From positions 1,568,001 through 1,632,000 of the forward strand of contig CAVPPB010000003.1 in the NCBI GenBank assembly GCA_963707215.1: a stretch of 64,000 bases of DNA, written 5' to 3'. Source of the DNA: an uncultured Chloroflexia bacterium (GTDB lineage: Bacteria; Chloroflexota; Limnocylindria; Limnocylindrales; CSP1-4). How positions within the stretch are numbered: the stretch's first letter is position 1; every line of letters begins with the position of its first letter. The position numbers and the translations under genes were made by a program. The notes beneath the pieces are model-generated. The model was not told the DNA's origin, did not search any database, and saw only the letters and a list, made by a program, of their open reading frames with translations. Shown piece by piece: positions 18,768 to 28,245 of the stretch.

Positions 18768-19469
18768 CTAGCGCTGGTTGCCGAAGAGGCGGAGCAGCAT
18801 CAGGAACAGGTTCACGAAGTCGAGGTAGAGGATGAAGGCACCCATCACGGCGCCCTTCTCCATCGACTCGGTGAAGGCGGCGATCTGGCCCCGCTGGATG
18901 CGCTGGACGTCATACGCCGTCAGGCCGGTGAAGATCAGCACGCCGACCACGGAGATGATGAAGTTCAGCGTCTCCCAGCCGACGAAGAGGTTCACGACCA
19001 TCGCGACCAGCAGGCCGATCAGGGCCATGAAGAGGTAGCCGCCGAGCGAGGCCAGGTTCCGCTTCGTCACGGCCCCGTAGATGGCGGCCCCGGCGAAGAT
19101 CGAGGCAGCGCTGACGCCGGCCGTCAGGATCGAACCGAGCTCGTAGGTCCAGAGGATCAGCCCGAGCGTGACACCCATCGACGCCGCGTAGACGAAGAAC
19201 AGCAGCAGGGCGACGGTGGCGCTGAGCCGCTTGATGGCCAGGCTCAGGGTGAAGGCGAGGGCGAGCTGCCCGATCAGGATGAAGATCCAGACACCGGACA
19301 GCGTCATCAGCGACTCTTCCGGCAGCGTCCAGAGGAGCGTCCCGACGCCGGTCGTCACGAGGAGGGCGATGAACATCCAGGCGAAGGCCTGGCTGAGGAA
19401 GGCCGTCGACAGCTGGACCGACGGGCGGACCCCCAGCTGCTCCGGGTTCGCGTAGGGTGAGTTCATCAT
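18768..19469 (-). CDS. Bax inhibitor-1/YccA family membrane protein
   Basis: Seven TM segments; GLTAYDVQRI and LYLDFVNLFL motifs. Confidence 0.92.
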   Translation of the reverse strand: MMNSPYANPEQLGVRPSVQLSTAFLSQAFAWMFIALLVTTGVGTLLWTLPEESLMTLSGVWIFILIGQLALAFTLSLAIKRLSATVALLLFFVYAASMGVTLGLILWTYELGSILTAGVSAASIFAGAAIYGAVTKRNLASLGGYLFMALIGLLVAMVVNLFVGWETLNFIISVVGVLIFTGLTAYDVQRIQRGQIAAFTESMEKGAVMGAFILYLDFVNLFLMLLRLFGNQR

Positions 19470-19533
19470 CGGTGGTGTGGTCTCCGTGTCGTGGTGCCCG
19501 GCCGAAGCCTGCGCCCGGGCGTGCGGGGAAATC

Positions 19534-20175
19534 CTAGCCGGTCGGGGCGGGCTCGCCCAGCCGGGTGGCCGGCGGAGCGTGACGCTCCTCGGCCTGTTCG
19601 GCGGCCCGGGCCATGACCCACAGCAGGTCGGCGGCCCGGTTCAGGTACGGGACGATCAACGAGTCGGCGGGCAGGTCGCCGGATCGCAGCAGGGTCACCG
19701 AGCGACGCTCGGCGCGCCGCAGCGTGGTCCGGGCCAGCTCCAGGCCGGCGCTGGTCCGCGTCTCGCCGGGGACGACGAACTCGCGGGGCATCTCGATGCG
19801 GGCCTCCAGGTCAGCCAGGACGCGGCCGATCCCATCGACCATGGCCTCGCTGACCCGGGTCCGCTCCTCGACCAGGCGGTCCCGGGCTTCGGACGTGGTC
19901 GCCAGCTCGGCGCCCACCACGAACAGCTCTCGCTGGAGCCGCAGGACGAGGCCCTCGAGGCCCTCGAAGGCCGGAGCCAGCAGCCCATAGCGCTCGCGCA
20001 GCCCCAGCTCCGCCCTCACGAGGCCTAGGGCGGCGACAGCCTCGTCGACGGTGCCGTACGCCTCGGTCCTGGGATCGTCCTTGGGGATCCGGTCGCCGCC
20101 GTAGAGCAGGCCGGTCGTGCCGTCGTCGCCGCGACCGGTCGCGACGGCCGAGTCGAATGGCAGGCGGTCGTTCAT
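19534..20175 (-). CDS. pduO: ATP:cob(I)alamin adenosyltransferase, PduO type
   Basis: TGRGDDGTT, R.EAYGTVDE, LQ..LF..GAELA, ART..RRAER, YLNR..D.L. Confidence 0.9.
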   Translation of the reverse strand: MNDRLPFDSAVATGRGDDGTTGLLYGGDRIPKDDPRTEAYGTVDEAVAALGLVRAELGLRERYGLLAPAFEGLEGLVLRLQRELFVVGAELATTSEARDRLVEERTRVSEAMVDGIGRVLADLEARIEMPREFVVPGETRTSAGLELARTTLRRAERRSVTLLRSGDLPADSLIVPYLNRAADLLWVMARAAEQAEERHAPPATRLGEPAPTG

Positions 20176-20537
20176 CACCACATCAGGCCGGCGTCGCGGG
20201 GATCCCAGCGCTCGGCCAGCAGCGTCACCTTGACGTCATGGTCGACGACGGACTCGGCCTGCTCCTTGACCTGCTGGATCATCGACCCGGCGTAGGGGCA
20301 GAACGGCGTCGTCAGGATCATCTTGATCTCGGTCGACCCGGGGCCGAGGACGATCTGCTTGATGAGGGCGAGCTCGACGACGTTCATCCCGATCTCCGGG
20401 TCGACGACGGCCCGCAGGGCATCGAGGATCGCCAGCTCGGTCGCCCGGCGCTCGGGGTCGAAGGCGGGCGCGATTCCCGGCTCCGGGGACCCGGCGGTCC
20501 CGGACGCGGTCGCGGTCTCGGTTGAGGGATCGGTCAT
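20175..20537 (-). CDS. DUF59/SufT-PaaD metal-sulfur cluster assembly factor
   Basis: LRAVVDPEIGMNVVELAL and LTTPFCP motifs. Confidence 0.88.
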   Translation of the reverse strand: MTDPSTETATASGTAGSPEPGIAPAFDPERRATELAILDALRAVVDPEIGMNVVELALIKQIVLGPGSTEIKMILTTPFCPYAGSMIQQVKEQAESVVDHDVKVTLLAERWDPRDAGLMW

Positions 20538-20636
20538 CGAGGCGTCTCCAGGTTGCCCCGAAATCATAGCATCGAGGTCGGGATTAGCCGTCCGCGCATC
20601 GGGCAGGGCCGTCGGCCGAGGGACGGCGAGGCCGGC

Positions 20637-20963
20637 TCAGGCCGGGACGGCCGCCTTGACCACGATGCCGGGCGGGCGGAGCGCCTCGGGCAGCGGGGCG
20701 ACCTCATCCGGGCCGAAGCCCGGGCCGGCGAGCGAGCCATCCGGTTCGAAGAACCCCTCATACCGCTCTGGGTGCTCGGCGGCGTAGACGAAGGCCGAGG
20801 CGATCCCCAGGACCCGGAGCTCCGGGTGATCCTTGAGGATGTCGGCCGGAGCCTGCCCGCTCGCTCGCATCTCGAGCAGCTGGCGTACGGTGAGCCGGCT
20901 GTTGTAGAGGAACGGCTCGCCGTTCAGGACGAGCGGATCGACCTTCACCCACTTGATCGTCAT
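20637..20963 (-). CDS. DUF433 domain protein (HTH, antitoxin-like)
   Basis: VDP.VLNGEP....R.TV..LL....G....I...HP.L....I..A..YA pattern. Confidence 0.8.
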   Translation of the reverse strand: MTIKWVKVDPLVLNGEPFLYNSRLTVRQLLEMRASGQAPADILKDHPELRVLGIASAFVYAAEHPERYEGFFEPDGSLAGPGFGPDEVAPLPEALRPPGIVVKAAVPA

Positions 20964-20965
20964 CT

Positions 20966-21448
20966 TCAGGCGCCCTTGTAGATCGCGGCCAGGAGCGGGT
21001 TCCGCTTCCGGGCGTCGCCGGCGAGGCGCCGGTAGTCGCGGAACACGGCGATCCCGGCATCGATCGCGCGATCGGCGGGTTCGCGTTCCGCGGGCGACAG
21101 GACCGCGGCCGAGGCGGCCCGGATCCCTTCGAGGAGCCGGGCAGCGTCATCGACCGAGACCTGTCGGCGGCGCAGCAGCGGGCTGACCTGGTCGGCGAAG
21201 GTGCTCATGAAGGTCGGATCGTCGGAGGCGACCGAACGAGCCAGCCGGTCGATGAAGATCTCGCTGTCCCGGAGCAGCCTGCGCAGGCCGATCTCGTCGA
21301 GGCGATCGCGGATGGTCGGATCCCGCTGGATGGCGATCTCCAGCGCTCGAGCCCCGATCGTCGTGCGGTTCGCCATGAGCCGGGCGGCGGCCTCGGGGTA
21401 CCCGGCTGTCAGGTCCGGTGGCGGGGCGCCAAGGTTGGGGTGCTTCAC
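20966..21448 (-). CDS. Hypothetical protein with a phycobiliprotein/globin-like sequence pattern
   Basis: All-helical 160 aa; L..NR..I...A......DP, LLRD...I..L...V.S.D; leaderless GTG 7 nt after TAGACT. Confidence 0.6.
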   Translation of the reverse strand: MKHPNLGAPPPDLTAGYPEAAARLMANRTTIGARALEIAIQRDPTIRDRLDEIGLRRLLRDSEIFIDRLARSVASDDPTFMSTFADQVSPLLRRRQVSVDDAARLLEGIRAASAAVLSPAEREPADRAIDAGIAVFRDYRRLAGDARKRNPLLAAIYKGA

Positions 21449-21513
21449 GCTCCGAAGTCTAGCGCCCGCTCGGGGCCGCTGCCACGAACGCGGGCGCCGT
21501 CTACGATGGGTCC

Positions 21514-22041
21514 ATGGACGCATCGCGACCACCCGAGCCGACCGAGGACCAGCCGCCGACCCGGACAGCGGAGCCGGGCGATGGCCGGCCTGGGCGTCTC
21601 GCCACGCCACCGTCACAGCGCTACGTCCAGGCGGCCCGCGGATCTGCGGAGGATGGGGCACCGGACGGTGCGTCGTCGGGGCGCGCGGTCGTCATCGGCG
21701 GGTTCGTGGCCGCGTTCATCGCCGTCCTCATGATCGCCCTGGGCGTCGTCTTCTCGATGACCTCCGGGCTCCTGGTCGCGGCGTTCTTCCTGGGCCGGCT
21801 GACGGCCATCGGGGTGCGAGCGGGCGGCGGGTCCGCCGTGTCCTCGACGCTTCGGGTCGTCCTGTCGATCGGGCTCTCGCTGGCCGCGGTCGCGCTCGTC
21901 CAGGTCGGCCTGTGGCTCGTGGCCGGGGTCCAGGGGGGCAGCCTGGGGTTCGCCGCGTTCCTCGACCAGACGTACGGGCCGCTCGTCCTCCTGGAAGCCA
22001 GCGTGGCGACCCTGGCCGCGTGGTGGGGAGCGGCCCGCTGA
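21514..22041 (+). CDS. Hypothetical membrane protein
   Basis: About four hydrophobic helices; TACGAT -10 box 6 nt before ATG. Confidence 0.7.
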   Translation: MDASRPPEPTEDQPPTRTAEPGDGRPGRLATPPSQRYVQAARGSAEDGAPDGASSGRAVVIGGFVAAFIAVLMIALGVVFSMTSGLLVAAFFLGRLTAIGVRAGGGSAVSSTLRVVLSIGLSLAAVALVQVGLWLVAGVQGGSLGFAAFLDQTYGPLVLLEASVATLAAWWGAAR

Positions 22042-22562
22042 ACGGCCCGGAGACGATCCGCCTCCGCCGCCCCGTCGAGGCCGATCACGCCTTCGTCGTC
22101 GGGCGGGTCGACGCTTGGTGGGGCGGACGACGACTGCACGACCTGCTCCCGCGCCTCTGGTTCCAGCACTTCACCGGCACGTCGTGGATCGCCGAGGCCG
22201 AGGACGGCCGGATCGTCGGCTTCCTGGTCGGCTTCGTCTCGCCCGACCACCCCCAGCTTGGGTACGTCCACATGACCGCCATCGCGCCCGGCCTCCGACG
22301 CCGGGGCGTCGCTCGCGAGCTGTACGAGCGCTTCTTCGCCGACGTCGCCGCCCGCGGGGTGAGGACGATCCGGGCGGTCACCTGGCCTGGCAACCGGGTC
22401 TCGATCGACTTCCACCGGGCGATCGGGTTCAAGGCGGTGGACGGTCCCGGGACGGTACCGGCCTGGGGATCGCCGGCCTTCCTCGACTACGACGCCCCGG
22501 ACGAGGACCGGACGGTCTTCGAGCTGACCCTCGACGAGCAGGGCCGAGCGGTCCCCGAGTAG
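22038..22562 (+). CDS. GNAT-family N-acetyltransferase
   Basis: IVGFLVGF, YVH, P.LRRRGVA, N..S..FH..IGF; probable CTG start in a CTGA overlap. Confidence 0.85.
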   Translation: MNGPETIRLRRPVEADHAFVVGRVDAWWGGRRLHDLLPRLWFQHFTGTSWIAEAEDGRIVGFLVGFVSPDHPQLGYVHMTAIAPGLRRRGVARELYERFFADVAARGVRTIRAVTWPGNRVSIDFHRAIGFKAVDGPGTVPAWGSPAFLDYDAPDEDRTVFELTLDEQGRAVPE

Positions 22563-22588
22563 CGTCGGGCCGCCGCGCGGCGCGGGGC

Positions 22589-23905
22589 CTAGCGGTGGCG
22601 CTCGGCGCCAGCCAGGTCCTCGGCGATGCCGGACGGCGTCAGCGGCTCGCTGAGCAGGCGCCGGAACCGGCCCACGGGGTCGCCGTCCGGGGCGGTCCCG
22701 ACCCAGCGCTCGAGGAGCGGTCGGCCCTCGTGGTAGACGTGGACGTAGGTCCGCCAGCGCGGATCCTCGATGAAGCGCAGGCTCGCCGCGGCGCGCTCCC
22801 TCGAGAGCCGCCCGACGCCGACGAGGAGCTCGAGCGAGTCGTCGTGATCGCGTCCGTCCACCCAGCGGGCCAGGGCTGCGTCGACGGCGACCTCCCGGAG
22901 GCGCTCGCGCTGCCGTGAGACGGCCACGGCGAGCTCGGCGGTCTCGCGGGTCGGTGGGACCCCGCCCCCCTCCGGCACCGAGACCCGCCCCAGCAGCTCG
23001 ACCAGCAGCTCGACCTGATCGGTACCTGGCAGGAGCAGGTCGGGGCCCAGGTCGGCCAAGCCTTCCGAGATGACGGCCGCCGGCGTCAGCAAGACGGCCG
23101 CCGCCGTCTCGAGCCAGCCGCGACGCTCCACCAGCTCGGCCTCCTTGGTGACGGCCTCGAGATGGTGACCGGCGTACGTCTCGTGGGCGAGTGTGCGGAC
23201 CAGGGCCGGCGCGCGGATCGGCAGGTCGACGTTGAGATCGACGCGCGAGCGCCCGCCCCCGTCGAACCAGTGGTAGCCGGACCAGGGCTGGTCGCGGACG
23301 AGGCCGATCCTGACGCGCTCGCCCTCGGGGACCCCGAACGCCGCCGCGGCCCGTCCGCGGAGCGCCGCCATGACGAGGTCGACGGCCTCGCCGACCCGGA
23401 CGTCCGGGATGGTGATCCGCTCGTCCCAGGCCTCCAGGCGCTCGAGGATGGAGCCGTCGCCCGGCAGGAGCCGCTCCAGCTCGGCCGCCGCCTCGTCGAA
23501 GTACGAGCTGCCCCGCGGCCGCGGCTCGATGCCGAACGACCGTCGGACCTGCTCGAGGTACGGGACCGGCGTCCCGTCGAGCACCTCGATCCGGGCCGCC
23601 ATGGCCAGGACCTGGCTCGCCAGCCAGGCCCGCCGGTCGGGGTGGTCGACCTCACGCCCGATCCTCTCGCTGAGGCCCGCGGCGTCGTCCCGGAGGCGAC
23701 CGAGCGAGCGGGGTTGCTCGATGTCGACGGCGGCCTTGAGGTCGGCCGGTCCGGTGTACGAGTCGAGGATCCCCGGGTCGTGCTGGTCGAGACGCAGGGC
23801 GAGCAGGAGGAACTCGCGGGCGACCGGGTCGGGCTCGGGGACGGTGCGCTCGCCGCCGATGGCCGGGACGCGAGAGCCGCGCCAGGCGATGGGCTCCTGG
23901 GTCAT
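22589..23905 (-). CDS. DUF885-like putative zinc metallopeptidase
   Basis: AHETYAGHH motif, downstream SEGLA, Y.H.Y..G. Confidence 0.7.
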   Translation of the reverse strand: MTQEPIAWRGSRVPAIGGERTVPEPDPVAREFLLLALRLDQHDPGILDSYTGPADLKAAVDIEQPRSLGRLRDDAAGLSERIGREVDHPDRRAWLASQVLAMAARIEVLDGTPVPYLEQVRRSFGIEPRPRGSSYFDEAAAELERLLPGDGSILERLEAWDERITIPDVRVGEAVDLVMAALRGRAAAAFGVPEGERVRIGLVRDQPWSGYHWFDGGGRSRVDLNVDLPIRAPALVRTLAHETYAGHHLEAVTKEAELVERRGWLETAAAVLLTPAAVISEGLADLGPDLLLPGTDQVELLVELLGRVSVPEGGGVPPTRETAELAVAVSRQRERLREVAVDAALARWVDGRDHDDSLELLVGVGRLSRERAAASLRFIEDPRWRTYVHVYHEGRPLLERWVGTAPDGDPVGRFRRLLSEPLTPSGIAEDLAGAERHR

Positions 23906-24444
23906 CGCTCCATCCGCTCCGGGCGCGGTGCCCGGGGGACGCCGTGGTCGGGGTGCTCGGCCGCCTGGCGGCGGGCCTCGCGCAGGCGCGCTTCCATCGC
24001 GGGGTCGAGCGGGATCGACCCGGTCGAGCCCGTCGCCGTGTGGGCATCGGAGCCGCTGCCGACGCCGGGGCCGGCCGCCGAGGACGGGACGGCGCCCATC
24101 CCCTGCCCCGGCCCGATGCCGCCGTCCTCCCCTCGGAAGGGCATCCCCTGGCGCTCGACGGCATCGAGGCTCATCCGCAGGGCCGAGGTCTTCCGTTCGG
24201 CGACCTCGCGAACGTAGGCCGCCTCCTCGTCGGCGGTCATCCGTCGCCCCCGGATGATGTCCGTGGGCTTGCCGACCATCAGCCAGGCGAGGTGGTAGCG
24301 GTCCATCGTTCCCCAGGCCTGTGACAGGAGGTCGTCGGACAGTTGGAGCCACGTCCGCAGCGCGCCCAGGTCGGGGCGGGCCTGCAGTCGCTCGCCCTCC
24401 TCGACGAGCTGGCGGGTCCGGACGATGAGCTCGTCGCGGGTCAT
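23902..24444 (-). CDS. Hypothetical protein
   Basis: ATGA overlaps on both sides; helical N-terminal domain with a low-complexity tail. Confidence 0.7.
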   Translation of the reverse strand: MTRDELIVRTRQLVEEGERLQARPDLGALRTWLQLSDDLLSQAWGTMDRYHLAWLMVGKPTDIIRGRRMTADEEAAYVREVAERKTSALRMSLDAVERQGMPFRGEDGGIGPGQGMGAVPSSAAGPGVGSGSDAHTATGSTGSIPLDPAMEARLREARRQAAEHPDHGVPRAPRPERMER

Positions 24445-25376
24445 CGCGGGAGGGCCGCCCGCTCGGCGAGCGAGACCTCGTCGATCCAGCGCTCGCGGGC
24501 CTGGCGCAGGGCGAGGGTCCGGCTGCCGGGCTCGCCCGAGCCGATCGCCCGGCCGTCGAGCGCCACGAGCGGCACGATCCCGGCAACGGTGCTCGAGAGG
24601 AACGCCTCGTCGGCGGCCACGAGGTCGTCCGGGATCAGGTCCGTCGCCGCCGGCGCAAGGCCCAGTTCGCGGACGCTCGGATGCTCGAGCAGCCAGGTCC
24701 GCGTCGTGCCGGCAAGGATCGCCGCACCCGCCGTCGGCGTCAGGAGGCGATCGCCGGTGATGGCGAACACGTTGGCGCTCGTCGCCTCGCTGACGCGACC
24801 GTCGGTCGTCATGAAGAGCGCGTCGTCGACGCCGGCCCGCTCGGCCTCCAGCCGGGCGTAGACGTAATCGGCCCGGGACGTCGCCTTGATCCCGGCGAGC
24901 GGCGAGGCCGGATCCCGGTGTACCCGGCTCGCCACCGCCCGGATGCCCCGGGCCAGGACCGTCGGCGGCGTCGGCAGGTAGGCCCAGGCCTGGATCACCA
25001 CGGTCGCATGGGCGACCTCCCAGCCGGGCGGCAGCGTCCCGCGCCGGTCCAGCGACCCGCGGCTGGCGGTGATCCGGACCGCGGCGTCACCGGGTGCCAG
25101 CCGATCGTCGCCCGGGCCGCCCAGGTGCTCGACGTCGAGCAGTTCCAGGAGGCCGGCCAGGATCGCCTCGTCCGGCGGGAGGTGGATCGCCAGGGCCACC
25201 GCACCCTCGTGGAGTCGCTCCACGTGCTCAGCCCACTCGATCGGCACGCCACGGCGGGCCCGGAGCGTCTCGAACAAGCCGTCGCCCAGCTGGAAGCCGC
25301 GGTCGGTGACCGGGAGGTGCGGGCCGTGGGCATCCAGCAGGTGACCGTCCAGCCAGACGTGGGCAGGGAGTGTCAT
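24441..25376 (-). CDS. Class IV aminotransferase (4-amino-4-deoxychorismate lyase / IlvE-like)
   Basis: DRGFQLGDGLFET, H.ERL, IK, E...ANVF, ILAGTTR, ADEAFLSST. Confidence 0.88.
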   Translation of the reverse strand: MTLPAHVWLDGHLLDAHGPHLPVTDRGFQLGDGLFETLRARRGVPIEWAEHVERLHEGAVALAIHLPPDEAILAGLLELLDVEHLGGPGDDRLAPGDAAVRITASRGSLDRRGTLPPGWEVAHATVVIQAWAYLPTPPTVLARGIRAVASRVHRDPASPLAGIKATSRADYVYARLEAERAGVDDALFMTTDGRVSEATSANVFAITGDRLLTPTAGAAILAGTTRTWLLEHPSVRELGLAPAATDLIPDDLVAADEAFLSSTVAGIVPLVALDGRAIGSGEPGSRTLALRQARERWIDEVSLAERAALPR

Positions 25377-25469
25377 CACGCGGACCGTTCGGCGGTGGGC
25401 GGGCGGCCGGATGGGCCGGCGCAACGGGGCGCCGATCGGATGATCGCCGGCTCGGGCATCATGGGGACG

Positions 25470-26582
25470 ATGGTAGCCGAGCCGCCCACGAGCCCCGGGC
25501 CCCCACCGAACGCCGCCCGCCTGGACGCCACGCGTCTCGAGCGAGCCTTCCGGGCGATCGCCGAGGCCGTGGCCGCGGGCGAGCCGCCGGCAGCGGTCCT
25601 CGCGGTAGCCGGCCCGGGCGGCCCGGTCCAGGCCCGCGGCTTCGGGACCGACGGCCGCGCGCGCGTCGGCGTGGGCCACCGCTTCCGGGTCGCCTCGATC
25701 ACCAAGCCCATCGTGGCAACGGCCGTGATGCAGCTGGTCGAGGAGGGCCGGCTGACCCTGTCCGATCCCGTCCGCCGGCACGTCCCCGAGTTCGATCCGC
25801 CGGCCGTTGCGGCGGGCCGCCCCGGGGCGGAGGCCGTGACCGTCTGGCACCTCCTCACCCACACTTCCGGCGCGATCGACCTGGACTGGCACGGCCAGGG
25901 GATGGCGCCGCCGAGCGCGGACGAGATCGTCGCCAGCGTCTGCAGCCGGCCGCTGGCCTTCGCCCCGGGCAGCGCCTACACGTACGCCTCGGACACCTTC
26001 TTCCTGCTCGGGCTGATCCTCCAGCGGGTCGGCGGCCACTCGTCGATCGGCGCGGCCCTGGGCGCGCGGATCCTCGAGCCCCTGGGCATGACGGCCACCG
26101 GCTTCGAGATGCGGACCGAGGGCCACGCCAACGCCCCGGTCTCGATCGCCGGTGGGGACGGGGTCGACACCGAGCGCTTCTCCGAGTGGATCAGCGCGGT
26201 CGAGCACCCGGGCGGCGGGCTCTGGTCGACGGCCCACGACCTCGTGGCCTTCGGGCGGGCTTCGATGGCGGCTCCGTCGGTCCCGAGGATCCTCGGCCGA
26301 CCGTTCCTCGAGCTGATGCGTCGCGAGCAGACGGCCGGCGTCTTCGAGCCCGGCGAGCCGCCGCGTCGCCCCACCTACGGCCTGGGCTGGGCCAAGCCGA
26401 CCCTGGACGGCCGGATGCCAGGTCCGCCATCGGTCGTCGAGCACGCCGGTGCCACCGGGAGCCGGCTCTGGGTCGACCCGCAGAACGGCCTGGTCATCGC
26501 CCTCCTGGTGGGCAGGTGGGGCGCGGATCGGGCGCTGGCCGACACGGCGATCGCGGCGGTCTACGGGGCGCTGGAGGCCTGA
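25470..26582 (+). CDS. Serine hydrolase, beta-lactamase/class C family
   Basis: F.VASITK (SxxK), LLTHTSG, F.PG...Y.YAS, I..PLGM, GGGLWST, H.G.TG. Confidence 0.9.
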   Translation: MVAEPPTSPGPPPNAARLDATRLERAFRAIAEAVAAGEPPAAVLAVAGPGGPVQARGFGTDGRARVGVGHRFRVASITKPIVATAVMQLVEEGRLTLSDPVRRHVPEFDPPAVAAGRPGAEAVTVWHLLTHTSGAIDLDWHGQGMAPPSADEIVASVCSRPLAFAPGSAYTYASDTFFLLGLILQRVGGHSSIGAALGARILEPLGMTATGFEMRTEGHANAPVSIAGGDGVDTERFSEWISAVEHPGGGLWSTAHDLVAFGRASMAAPSVPRILGRPFLELMRREQTAGVFEPGEPPRRPTYGLGWAKPTLDGRMPGPPSVVEHAGATGSRLWVDPQNGLVIALLVGRWGADRALADTAIAAVYGALEA

Positions 26583-26643
26583 CGGCCCCGGGTCCCGGCC
26601 TCGGCCGCGGCGGCGCGTCGCGCCCCTGATGGCGCGTGGTGGC

Positions 26644-28149
26644 CTACCCGACCTCCCGGGAGCCGATCGCACCGAGCGGGCCATGGGCCTTGGCCACGGT
26701 CTCCTCCCACTCCGCGTCGGGGTCGCTTCGCCAGGTGATGCCGCCACCGACGTGGAGGGTCAGGCGCCGCCCGTCGGCGACCAGGGTGCGGATGAGGATG
26801 CTGGTCCCCATCGTCCCGTCGGGGGAGACCCAGCCCAGGGCCCCGGTGTACGGCCCACGCCGGACGGGCTCCAGGTCCTCGAGGAGCTCGATGGCCCGCA
26901 GCTTCGGGGCGCCGGTGATCGAGCCGCCGGGGAAGCTCGCCGCCAGCAGGTCGAACGGGTCGCGACCCGGTGCCAGCCGGCCGGTCACCGTGGAGACCAG
27001 GTGCTGGACGGTCGCCGTCCGCTCGAGCCGGCACAGCCGGGGTACCCGGACGGTCCCCGGCTCGCAGACCCGGCCGAGGTCGTTGCGGAGGACGTCGACG
27101 ATCATCACGTTCTCGGCTCGGTCCTTGGCCGAGGCGAGCAGCTCGAAGGCGAGAGCCCGCTCCTCCGCCCGGTCGCGACCCCTGGGCCGGGTCCCCTTGA
27201 TCGGGTCGGTCGAGACGAGCCCGCCCGACCGGACCGCCAGGAACGGCTCCGGTGAGGCCGAAAGGATCGCTCGCCTGACGCGGGTCTCCGGGTGGATGCC
27301 CAGGTCCAGGAAGGCCGCGAAGCGAGCCGGATCGCCGCCACGAAGCCGCCGGTAGACGGCCCACGGATCGCCGGTGAAGGGCGCCTCCAGGCGTCGCGCC
27401 AGGTTGGCCTGGTAGATCTCGCCGGCCGCGATCGAGGCACGGATCGACTCGACCGAGCGACGATGCGTCAGCCGGTCCATGGAGGACCGGAAGGCCGCTG
27501 GCGCAAGCGTCACCGCGGGGGGGCCGCCGCCACGGACCTGATCGTCGACCCTGGATCGGCCGCCCGCCAGCGCCGCTGCGATCCCGGCCCGGAGCTCGCC
27601 GGCCCGTCGACCCAGGCGTGGTACGTCGCCGTCGAGCGCCCTGCCACCAAGCCACGCCCGTCCCGTGGTCCCGTCCCAGGCGAGGACGAGGTCGTGGAGC
27701 GCCAGCCGCAGGATCGGCAGTCCCTGGTCGTCGGGCGCCCGGTGCGGGAGGCGCTCCAGGCGACCGCCGAGGTCGTAGCCGAGGTAGCCGAGGAGGCCAC
27801 CGAGGAACGGCGGCACGGCCCCTTCGGCAGCGCCCGCGCCCCCCGTGCTCGGCATCCCGCTCGCCAGTCGGGCCAGGAGCCGGCGAGCTTCGGCGAACGG
27901 ATCGGGACCGCCGGCCGGCGCCTCGAGTACGACGATGGGATCTGCCGCGAGGAAGGTCCAGCGGTCACGCCGTCCGCGCCGGGCCGTCTCGAGCAGCGCC
28001 AGGCCGGTCCGCGCCGGCAGGGCCTCGGCGACATCGAGCGGCGCCAGGCCGTCGAGGGCCGGCCAGCGCTCCAGCAACACGCCGCCAGGGACCGACCCCA
28101 CAGGAGGCTCGGGGTCGATCATGGAACGGACGGGCGCGAGCCGGGCCAT
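26644..28149 (-). CDS. pabB: Aminodeoxychorismate synthase component I / anthranilate synthase component I family
   Basis: GYLGYD, GEIYQANL, SASPE, PIKGTRPR, KDRAENVMIVD..RNDL, SFPGGSITGAPK. Confidence 0.88.
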   Translation of the reverse strand: MARLAPVRSMIDPEPPVGSVPGGVLLERWPALDGLAPLDVAEALPARTGLALLETARRGRRDRWTFLAADPIVVLEAPAGGPDPFAEARRLLARLASGMPSTGGAGAAEGAVPPFLGGLLGYLGYDLGGRLERLPHRAPDDQGLPILRLALHDLVLAWDGTTGRAWLGGRALDGDVPRLGRRAGELRAGIAAALAGGRSRVDDQVRGGGPPAVTLAPAAFRSSMDRLTHRRSVESIRASIAAGEIYQANLARRLEAPFTGDPWAVYRRLRGGDPARFAAFLDLGIHPETRVRRAILSASPEPFLAVRSGGLVSTDPIKGTRPRGRDRAEERALAFELLASAKDRAENVMIVDVLRNDLGRVCEPGTVRVPRLCRLERTATVQHLVSTVTGRLAPGRDPFDLLAASFPGGSITGAPKLRAIELLEDLEPVRRGPYTGALGWVSPDGTMGTSILIRTLVADGRRLTLHVGGGITWRSDPDAEWEETVAKAHGPLGAIGSREVG

Positions 28150-28245
28150 GGCGGGCATTATCGTGGCGCCGGGCCCGAGGCGGATGGAGCCGAAAGACCC
28201 GCCGACAGCAGCCGGCATGCGATCCGGACCAGGAGGAGGGCATCG

